NCBI RefSeq assembly: GCF_001194135.2
Contig: NC_068989.1
Location: 10,518,111 to 10,582,110, forward strand
Length of the DNA stretch: 64,000 nt
Direction of reading: 5' to 3'
Source: Octopus bimaculoides
Lineage: Eukaryota
The notes under the pieces are model-generated. The model saw only the letters and a program-made list of their open reading frames with translations, did not search any database and was not told the origin of the DNA. A program made the translations under genes and the position numbers. How positions within the stretch are numbered: position 1 is the first letter of the stretch; the number at the start of each line of letters is the position of its first letter. Positions 26,018 through 37,817 of the stretch are shown here, piece by piece.

Positions 26018-26782
26018 TTGTGTTTGTCCCCCCAACTTCGCTTGACAACCAATGCTGGTATGTTTACGTCCCCGTAACTTAGCGGTTCGGCAAAAAGAGA
26101 CCGATAGAATAAGTACTAGGCTTACAAAGAATAAGTCCTGGGGTCGATTTGCTCGACTAAAGGAGGTGCCCCAGCATGGCCGTTCCACAAAATATTTCGT
26201 CATCACCGCCATATTTATTTCTACAAAATTATCCCTCGCCATTCTCTCCCTTATAATTTCCAAAAAGGTATCGCTGACTTGAATTTTGAAACGCCCTTTT
26301 GTCAAGTGTCAATTTGTCAAAAAAGCTTTATTTATAACAGTACTAACATATGGAATAATATTTTCGCCTGGTGTTCTAACGATTCTGCCAGTTTGCTGCC
26401 TTAATGTAATGTATTTATTATGGTGCTTTACTTTGTTTCTCTCACTCTGTCTTCTGATAATGCAAATATTAAAAATAACGACATGGGTAGATTGGCAGAG
26501 TCCACTGCAATTTATTGTTACCTCATTAATGGTGTTTTTTTATTTTATTTCACAGGATAGCAATATACTGGAAGTTTGCCTTGCCAAGTGGTGGGCCAAT
26601 CTGGGTGAAGTAACTCTAGACTACTCTGTCACTTTCCGTGGAATAAGTGTTGATTCAAAGCAAATTGTCATGGTACAGTATTCTTTGATAATTCTACTTT
26701 GCTAAATGTTAGCATTTTGTTGAGAACTTGTATGCACACACATAAACACACACACACACACACACACACACTATGTATATTG

Positions 26783-26813
<31 letters not shown>

Positions 26814-29800
26814 CATACAGTAGGCTTCTTTCAGTTCCTGTCTACCAAATCCATTCACAAGGCTTTGGTTGGCCTGGGGCAATAGTAGAAGATGCTTTCC
26901 CAACATTCCACACAGTGAGACTGAACCTGGAAACAAATTGTTGGGAAGCAAGCTTCTAACTCACACAGCCATGCCTGTGCCCGTGTGTTCAAATCCTGAA
27001 AATGCTATTCTTTTGTACTCTTGGGCAATGTAGACAACTCTGTTTGTGCCAGTTAACTAAGAGACCTTTTAATAGTGATATAAAATGGATTTTACTACAT
27101 GTGCACACACACACACACACATTCTCTGTCTCTCTCTCTCTCTTTGTCGCACTCATTCACGCACTCAAACAACACTTGATCTACTATTCCTACAAATCCT
27201 CGAATTTTCAGAGCCATCTTAGTTACTATATAAACTTTAAAAATACCTGCTGCAAAGCCATATCAATTATATAAAATATAGATATACTTGATGTCATATC
27301 CTCTTAGCTATGTAAAATCTAGAAAAAAAAAAACCCTTATGTAAAATAATATCAAGAATGAAAATTTGTGAATAGTCATTATAAAATTTGCAAGTTTTTT
27401 CAGAGAAAGGTGAATTTTGTAAGTTGCTTGTTTATTATTTTGAATGAGTTGTATCTTGTGTTGTTTTTTTCTGTAGCATGCAGCTGATGGTATAGCTCGG
27501 TGCAATGTTAAAGCTACTCTCAGGCACGAAGAAATCTGTCCGAGCGTTTGTCTCAAGTCTTTAGCACAGCCACTTCGGTAAGTTTACTTTAGCTGCTTTG
27601 TTTTTACGAGCCTATCACCAGCACAACCATCATTGTCATCATCATCATCATCATCACTATTGCAAAAAAAAAAAAATTTTTTTTTTCTTATCTTTTGCAG
27701 ACCTGCTGAACACAAATTACGAAGTTTAAATGGTCCAAGAGATTTATTACCAGAAGGGCGACAAATTTATGCAATTGAATTGACTTACAACTTCCATTTG
27801 GTATGTATTGCTAAATTCATTAATTTCTATGGAGACTTCTATGTGTATGTATTGTTATTGAGATAAGCCACATGAGATAATCTTTAGTTCTGTGATACAG
27901 AACTGTTTATTTTAACTCTTACGGTGTGGGCACCAAATATACTCAGTTCACTGCATGGGAAGTGGAACCAAGTTAACTCATTTTTGATAGTGAGATACTT
28001 TCTGGAATTCTCCACATTTCATATGATGTGGTATGCACATTTTATTTTTTGCTAGTTAATATGAAGAGGTTATGATTAGCATATTGCACCATCAGCAAAC
28101 ATTTAATCAGTACAGTGAGGGTTAAAGTGTTCATATTTAAATTAAAACTTTGTCTTAAATTCATGGGAGAACCCTCTTGTTAATTGATGTTTACATACCA
28201 ATTTTATTCAGAAATAAATAAAAGGAAAAGTTAGTTATTTTACTTACTAGTATTATCAAGTTAGAAAATTACTATTTTAAATCTCACAACGTGAGATATT
28301 CAGCAACAGTACTTTGTAGTAAAGATTGTTTGCCAACATAACATGGCAGTCCTGGTTTAGGCCCAATGTAGCTGTAATTTAGCCCCAGGAGACATTGTCT
28401 GCAGCTGGCTATACGACATGATCTGTATCCTTATATTTTCCCTTGTTCGAAAATATAAGAAGGCAGATCGTGTCGTACAGCCAACTGGAGACGATGTCTC
28501 CTGGGGCTAAATTACAGCAACATTAGTCCTAAACCAGTACTGCCATGTTATGTTGGCAAACAATTTTTACTACATAGTATAATCAACTTTCAGACTACTC
28601 ATTACAAATATGGTTATTGCCCTTATGCTGTGTACAGAAATATCATGACCACAGTAATGAACTTTTTGAAATAGAAAAAATTTGGTGTAAATTTTCCTTC
28701 ATATATATGGTTGTTGAGCAAAATAAACCATGCATATATGACAGATTTGGTTTTGGTTCACTGCGCTCATTTTTCAAATCCTGCTGAGGCCATTTTGCCT
28801 TTTGTTCTTTTGAGAGTCAGTAAAAAAAATTTATCTGTCTGGAGCAGTGAATTGTCTGAAGTGTAGAAATGTTGAACCTTGTAGTATTTGTTCTCTGTGT
28901 TGTGTGTCAAATTCTGCCTAGGTACCAAAAGAAAGAAAAGCACTGTCGCCAACCCAGCAATAATCTAGTGTGATAACTAAAGCAAATTGTCTAAACCTAG
29001 GCCAGAACCAAATACTATATTTGATGGTATAAAAGACACATAAGGTATATTAAATGCATCCCAGTTTCAGCAGCACATATTCAGGGAAAATGGTTTTTAG
29101 GTGTATCAAAATATGTAATATTAGCTTATAGGAGGCCCACCTTTGCATGTAGGACCTGGAGTGATTTTTTTCAGACTTCTTTTTGTTTTTTAGAAATAAT
29201 ACATTTCTAAATCTCTCAGAGAGATTTATGCAGTAGCAGCACAATAAAGTGATAGTATGTTGTCAACTATCAACTGTGAATATGCTTCCTTTGTTACCAT
29301 TTTCTCCTTCCTTTTCTCTTTGTGAAATATTCAACTATAAAATAGAAAGAGAAATTAAAACTTGAATTGATCTATTTTAATTCTCCATTTCTTTTTAGAG
29401 CAAAGGAGAAGAAGTCACACCTGATTGCTCTTTGCTTAGTGACCTGCTTTATGAATCAGAATATGAGAGTCAACTGTGGATGTTGTTTGATTCCAATAAA
29501 TATTTCATCAGTGCAGGAGATGCATACCCCACACGTGTAAGATGTGTAGTCATTTTTTTTTTTTTCCACCTGTTATTTGAATTTTGTTTTTGGCATATAT
29601 ATATATATANNNNNNNNNNNNNNNNNNNNNNNNNNNNNNNNNNNNNNNNNNNNNNNNNNNNNNNNNNNNNNNNNNNNNNNNNNNNNNNNNNNNNNNNNNN
29701 NNNNNNNNNNNNNNNNNNNNNNNNNNNNNNNNNNNNNNNNNNNNNNNNNNNNNNNNNNNNNNNNNNNNNNNNNNNNNNNNNNNNNNNNNNNNNNNNNNNN

Positions 29801-32800
29801 NNNNNNNNNNNNNNNNNNNNNNNNNNNNNNNNNNNNNNNNNNNNNNNNNNNNNNNNNNNNNNNNNNNNNNNNNNNNNNNNNNNNNNNNNNNNNNNNNNNN
29901 NNNNNNNNNNNNNNNNNNNNNNNNNNNNNNNNNNNNNNNNNNNNNNNNNNNNNNNNNNNNNNNNNNNNNNNNNNNNNNNNNNNNNNNNNNNNNNNNNNNN
30001 NNNNNNNNNNNNNNNNNNNNNNNNNNNNNNNNNNNNNNNNNNNNNNNNNNNNNNNNNNNNNNNNNNNNNNNNNNNNNNNNNNNNNNNNNNNNNNNNNNNN
30101 NNNNNNNNNNNNNNNNNNNNNNNNNNNNNNNNNNNNNNNNNNNNNNNNNNNTATATATATATATATGTATATATATATATACACACATACCAGCATCATT
30201 TACAGAGCCCACTCAACATGGTTGATCGGGGGGGGGGCTCTTAAGACAGCCTTTATATAAAGCCTGGACTGTATGAGACATGGCTCATCATCTGGTGGGC
30301 TTCAAAGTAATTTTTTGTTAGGCATGCCACTCAGAAAGTTCTACACGCCTCGGGTTTCCCATGACTGCTCTATATGGTTGCTCAGTTTGTTAGAGATGGT
30401 TACAAAGCCTCATCCATATCACACCATATACCATCTTGATGGTATATGGTGTAATAAAAAAAACAAAACAGACGGAAAATGTAGTCTAAAATAAAGCATT
30501 AAAAAGATGTGATCATTGCTAGATGGCCATTGGTCAAAGGTCTGTCTAACCAAGGCTGGCCTGAGTTTAAAAAGCACCAATAATAGCTCTAGATCCACAA
30601 ACCATTGTTTCTACATTAATTTCCGCTAGAAGTAAAATTTTAGTGAGGAAATTAACCTCCAAAAAGTATACTTGATGTGCTAAAATTGTAGTCTTTTCTA
30701 GGCCACCAAAATTTATTAGGCGTTTTACTGAAAATTTGTTTCTGTTGCTTTAAGCTGTTGAAAAATAAATTTTCCTTTTAGACAGGACACTAAATCTTTG
30801 CAGGTAGTTTTCCTCTTTCTCTCTATTCAATACCGAGTTCAATACTAGGATTATTGAAACCAATAGTGCCAGCCAGTGTTGCTAGTGTACTGCTGTTGCT
30901 TCTTACTATGGTGGTTTGTATTGCTCTGTCATACCTAAATTACTGGAACTAAGTGGCTCAACATGATTAACTAATGGAATAATTAACATAGTGTTCACCT
31001 ATTTTGATGCTTTCAGTGTGTCAACTATTTTTAAGGATTGGCAGCTTTTTGTTTTTCTTTTTAACCATCCTCTTTGGAACTGCTTTATAATTTTTACTGA
31101 GCCTTAATCTTGATAATAGACACCTTCTTAGTGGTTTCACATGAGATAGGTCAACTCTCTCCCACTCCTACACTTTGTTTACCAGGATGACACTTTAACG
31201 ACACTTCTTAATTCCCTCACCCTTCTTTTCCCCTGACAATTAAGGGCATATACACCAATTTCATCTGACACATTTCTCCCCAATGAGATCCTAGTTTTCA
31301 CAGTACCTTACAGTTCAAAATTCTTTGCACCCCTCCTCACAATGCAGGACATAAGTCTTTTGGTATGTACTCTCAGGTCATTTCCTTGTTAAATAAAGTT
31401 ACCACCTAGTTTTCCCATATAACCTGCTGGTATCATTCCTTGCTCTTCTCTTTCTCTGCAGTTTCTCAGCCCTACCTAACCACTACTACATTCGCTTATT
31501 TAGCGACCCACATCCTGGTTGATTCATGAAAACAACGTGTGTTGATTCTCTGCTTCTATCTTTCCTTCAGAATAATTGTCATCAAATGATATGCCAAACA
31601 AATGGCTCTCTCAACCACTCCCAACCCATATTTTCCTTCCTTGTAGCAAATATCTTTAACCTTTTGCTTGTTTTGGTCCTTGCACTGTGGCCATGCTGGG
31701 GTACTGCTTCAAAAGGTTTGGTTTAATTGATCGGGCTCTTTTGCTGAGCTGTAGGGACATAAACAAACTAACACTGGTTGTCAAGCAGTAGTGGGGTATA
31801 AAAGCAACACCTGTTGGGCTTCTTTCAGTTCCTGTCTACCAAATCCACTCACAAGGCTTTAGCTGGCCTGGGGTTATAGTGGAAGACACTTGTCCAAGGT
31901 ATTGTGCAATGGGACTGAACTCAAGACCACACGGTTAGGAAGCAAGTTTTTTGAACACATTAATACATTGATTTCTAATAAATGGTAAAGCTAACAATTC
32001 CAAATATTTGTTGAATTGCAGTATAGTGTCAAGCTGGAGAAAGGAGACTATGTAATTCTACTACAGATTCGACACGACAATCGTGAAATGGTGGAGAAAC
32101 TGAAAGACACTGTCCTGGTTCTACATCATCGACTGCAGAATGCACTTTTCCTGGACATCCACGCATGTTGGCAGAACACACTTTCACCACAAGCCAAAAA
32201 ATTATGCTCCCTGTGTGCCCACAAAGGCACCACATATCCACTATTTTTCTGTCCTTTACCAGACGATAAGTGAGTTTCTTTAGGAAATATTTGTTTCTTT
32301 TCCACTCTTTTCAGCTTATTTTAATTTTTTTTTTTTTGTACTGAAATTAATTTCTTTTAATTTTTAGAAACATTAAAAAAATTTTCTATTCTAATTATAA
32401 AAAATTATCATATCTTTTTGTCTCAACTTAAAATTTTTTTTTATTTGAGTACAAGGTTGGCTGTCTTTCCATATCTGTCATAAATATAAATAAAACAATA
32501 AGTTTCAGTAACTGACAAATCCAAGTCTTTTGTAAAAATTCAAATTGGTGGAGTTGTTAGAACACTGGATGAAATGTGTTGTGGTATTTATTCTGGTTGT
32601 TTGGATTCTAAGTTCAAATCCAACCAAAGTAATTTCTTTTCCTCTTTTCCATTCTTTTGGTACTGGCATCGACCATGACAGCGGTTTTACTTGACTCAAT
32701 AGGTCTTCTCAAGCACAGCACATTGCCTGATGATTGAAGGGAACTCTTAAATGAGCCGGTTATGCGATGCTGGCATAGACCATAGCTACGATCTCATTTA

Positions 32801-34907
32801 GCTTGCTTGGTTTTCTCAAGCACAGCATATCTCCAAAGGTCTTGGTCACTTGCCATTGCCTCAGTGAGGCCCAATGTTTGAAGGTCATGCTTCATATCAT
32901 ATTTACTTGTGTTTAAGTCACTCCCCTAATTCAGGGGTTTTCAAACTGTGGTCCGCGGACCACAGGGGGTCCGTGGACAGCAAATACTTTTTATGGGCAA
33001 TTTGATTTTATATATGTTTTTTTAATCGAAATCTTTTTAATTGACAATAAACCTATTTGTTAAATACTGTTAAATAAATAAATGTAAAAATATATGTTAT
33101 TTTAAGCAAATATTTATGTATAAATTTCATAAGCGTTTATAAGGGGGTCCTAAGGTAAAGCCTGAAATATAAAGGGGTCCGCAAGTCAAAAAGTTTGAAA
33201 ACCCCTGCCCTAATTTACTGTTAAATCTTGGTATGAAACTTTTCCCCATCATAGTTTTAGCTCCACACTGTGTATATGTTGCATCCCAGTTAAAATCAAG
33301 CATAAAATAGTGCAGCACAAGTAAATACAGAATATCTAAGCTGGGACCTTACACTCTTGTCTATCTAACTAATCAATGTAATACATATTTAGATAGAAGA
33401 AATATATAGCCATCAGTTAAAATTTGCTCCTCTCTATTGATATCACTTATTTTTCATTTCAGACTTCCTAAGTCACATGGCCCTGGAAATTACCTAACTG
33501 GCTCATTGTTTGTTTTGAAAGATGAACCTCTCAAAAAATCTGTAAGCTCCATTGTTTACCGTTTTATTGCTTGAGCTGGCAGTGAGCAATACAAAGCTCA
33601 TAAGATGAGCTTTGTATTGCTCACTGTTAGTATAGTTTTGATGAGTTTCAACTGATCCTGTATGAGTATTATTCAGTTGAGCTCGGACCCTGTTGATGTA
33701 TGTGTGTTGTGTAATTGAAATAAAAAAGATGTGAGAAGGGGATGGGCAAAATTCTTACATCATATCATTGTCATTTAACATTTACTTTTTCCATGCTTGC
33801 ATGAGTCAGATGGAATTTGTTGAGGCAAATTTTCTATAGCTGGATGCCCTTCCTGTCACCAACCCTCAACCATGGCCATTTGTGTGTGTGTGTGTATATA
33901 TATATATGTAAATATATATATATATTATATAATTATGTTATATATATTATATGCCAGTGCTTGGATCGTTGCCAGTGCTGCCGAACTGGCTCCTGTGCAG
34001 GTGGCACGTAAAATACACCATTTTGAGCGTGGCCGTTGCCAGTACCGCCTGACCGGCCTTCGTGCCAGTGGCACGTAAAAGCACCCACTACACTCTCAGA
34101 GTGGTTGGCGTTAGGAAGGGCATCCAGCTGTAGAAACTCTGCCAGATCAGATTGGAGCCTGGTGTAGCCATCTGGTTTCACCAGTCCTCAGTCAAATCGT
34201 CCAACCCATGCTAGCATGGAAAGCGGACGTTAAACGACGATGATGATGACTATAGGCACAAGGCTTGAAACCTTTGGAGTTGGGGCTGGTTGATAACATT
34301 AACCCCGGTCTTCAGCACGTCAACTGATACCAATTTTTTGATCCTGGAAGGATGTAAGGCACTGTTTACCTTGGGGTCATTTGAATTCAGAATGTAAAGC
34401 TGAATGACATTATCTGAAACGTTGCCGATTCTACCAGCTTGCTGCCTACACTAGTGTTGTTATTGAAACAACATTGTTGTAACCTTAGGAAAAATTAATT
34501 CCATATCTTGTTTTGTTATATTACAGACTATTTGTTCAGACCAGGTTGGGAAGGGCGGGTGCCTCTCTAATCTTAAACTTATCATCATTGTCACCATCAA
34601 ATTAACAAAAGAGTCTCTACATGGACACTCAACCCTACCTGCTAGAAATAGCAGCCATAACTCCCTCACAATCACACTCTGCTATCTTAGAAGATACTTT
34701 GGATAATGTTATCCTTGCTATACAAAAAAGAAAGGATGGTCATGTTTGGAACATCTTTCACTCAATCAGGTCAGTAGTAAAAGGTTAGAATCTGGGAAAC
34801 AAGTGATGTTCTGTGTTAACATCTTATCATTAGTGGTAGCTAAATACACAGCACGCCTGTGCATAGACATGCAAATATGCAGAGACTTGCTCTAACACTC
34901 CCAAAAG

Positions 34908-34950
<43 letters not shown>

Positions 34951-35586
34951 CATACACACTTCTTTGGTTGTTCTGTTTCCTTTACCAACTTGACCACTCC
35001 GAAAAAAAAAAATAAAAGCGCAATAAAAAAACCAAAAACATTACAGGTTATCTGGCTCTTCTCCTTAACATACCAATCAGTCAAATGTAAACTTCTCTAT
35101 TGAAATGAACTTCCTTTCCAATGCGAACGTTCGTGGTTACTCCATGCATTTTGCACACACGCAAAATGTGTCTTCACCTTCCAATACACACACACCACGC
35201 ACACATTAAACAACATTATTTAATTTACACACACACACACACACACAAAACACAATACAATCATGCATTCACACCTATGCAGACATACACACATATATAC
35301 TTGTGTAACTTGAGTCACGCATGCACATATGCAACAAGCACAATTTTTATTGCACACAGAAGCGCACTAAATAATGCCACTGCATACCACACCCTGACAT
35401 ATATATATTTATGCACACGTACACACACACACACACAGCACATAATGTTCACTCTCTCACACAGACACTAACACATATTCCAATTTTCACACACACACAC
35501 AGAGCTATACCCACGAATACACTCTCACTACGCATACACTTGATTAAACACACAAAAGCAACCAGACTGCATGTTTTCTATCAAGT

Positions 35587-35623
<37 letters not shown>

Positions 35624-36304
35624 TACACACACTCCTTTCTGATGCCACCTCAAAGGACAGCATACCTTTCTTTCCTCCCTTCCTCTTTATAAAACACTTC
35701 TCTCTTTTGCTCTCTCCCCCCCCCCTTCGTATATTTATTATTCCCCTTTCATATCTATACTTCCCATGATAGATTTTTTTTTGTACTCTTCTACCTCTGT
35801 CCTCTCTACAAATTTTAGCCGTTCAGTCCAGAACACTCTTATACCTGAGTTTCTCATGTTGCAGGTCTTTAAATTAATTTTTCTCCTAAATCATTATCAT
35901 TGTTATTTAACGTCTGCCTTCCATGCTAGTATGGATGGTTTCACAAGAGCCGGCCAGGCAGAAGCCTACACCAAACTTCTGTAACTGTTTTGGCAGGATT
36001 TTTACAGCTGGATGCCCTTCTTAACACCAACCACTCTGCAGAGTGGACTTAATGTCTTTTACATGGCACAAGCACAGGCGAGGTCAGTTTTAGCAAGTTT
36101 TTTTTTACAGCTAGATGCCTTTCCGAACACCAACCACTTTACAGTGTGGACTGGGTGCTTTTAAGTGGCACCTGCACTGACAGGGTCACCAAGTACTTGC
36201 AAGACAAACAAAAAAAAAATCACTTTCAAGAGGGGGCATTGGAAGGGGTGATCTTGTGTCGAATGATGAATGACAGAGAGACAGAGAGAGCTGTCTTGCT
36301 GGCT

Positions 36305-36341
<37 letters not shown>

Positions 36342-37746
36342 AAGGAGGAATGAAGACAAAAGCAGGTGAACCTTACATGGAAACAGGTGAGAGTTGGTTA
36401 CAGAAAGGGCATCTGACTGTAGAAAATCTGTCTCAAGGAATTCTGTCTGACTTGTTTAAGCATGGAAAAGTGGACATTAAAAGGACGATGATGCTTATTA
36501 TTAATACAAAAGAATGTTGTGATAGATATGAGTGTTGAAACTTTTCATCCAGTTTTCAAACTGTCACCATTATCACCTTCACTCTCCTCTCCCTCTCTTG
36601 GTGTGTGTCTCTTGTTCTTTAGCTCCCTATATTCCACTATGCAAGAGAAAGAAAGACAGGTACAAAGTTTAGAGAGTTTGACAAAGGATGAGAGAAGAAA
36701 GGGAGAAAAACAGTTTGATGTCATACATATATACTACTATCTTCATAATCATGACTACCACATTTTTATTTAAAGCAGTAAGGATGAAATTTGATGGGAA
36801 TTTAGGTGGTACTTCAAGCAGTTTGCGCCATCAATTTGAGACGCCCTTTTCACAAGGTTGCTATTATAACCTGGGTGCTTCCATGCCAATAAAAGGAAAC
36901 CCCTCTCCTCCCAAAACTCCAAATGTGGAGCCAGTAATGATCTCTAGTAGTAAATTAGTGGTGTTTTCTTTTTTTCTTTTGCAGACCTCTGTGCCTTTCA
37001 AGTATATTCTCACGGAATTGGTGAAGAAGCCTAAAAACTCCAATGGCAAAAACAAAGAAAGCAAGGAGAAAACAGCTGAGGAAGAATACGAAGAAGCTTT
37101 ACGTGATTTAAAAATTTCTTGGTTGACAAAGTAATTACATTTATTTGCATTAAAGTTCCCTACTCTCAATATTAATTACTGGTACAAGGTGGTGAGCTGG
37201 CAGAATCATTAGCATGCCAGGCAAAATGCTTAGTGCCATTTTGTCTGTCTTTATTACGTTCTGAGTTCAAATTCCATCAAAGTTGACTCTGGCTCTCATC
37301 CTTTTGAGGTTCATAAAATAAGTACGAGTTGAGCAGTAGGGTCGATGTAATTGATTTAGCCCTGAAATTGCTGGCCCTGTGCCAAAATTGAAAACCAGTA
37401 TTAATTACTGGTTTTCATTCATTTTGCCATTGCTCATTCTTCTTTTTTTCTTTCTATAGTCTTTCCTTCATTACTTAATTCCTTCTTTCATTCCTCCTCT
37501 TTTATAGGCTTTCNNNNNNNNNNNNNNNNNNNNNNNNNNNNNNNNNNNNNNNNNNNNNNNNNNNNNNNNNNNNNNNNNNNNNNNNNNNNNNNNNNNNNNN
37601 NNNNNNNNNNNNNNNNNNNNNNNNNNNNNNNNNNNNNNNNNNNNNNNNNNNNNNNNNNNNNNNNNNNNNNNNNNNNNNNNNNNNNNNNNNNNNNNNNNNN
37701 NNNNNNNNNNNNNNNNNNNNNNNNNNNNNNNNNNNNNNNNNNNNNN

Positions 37747-37817
<71 letters not shown>

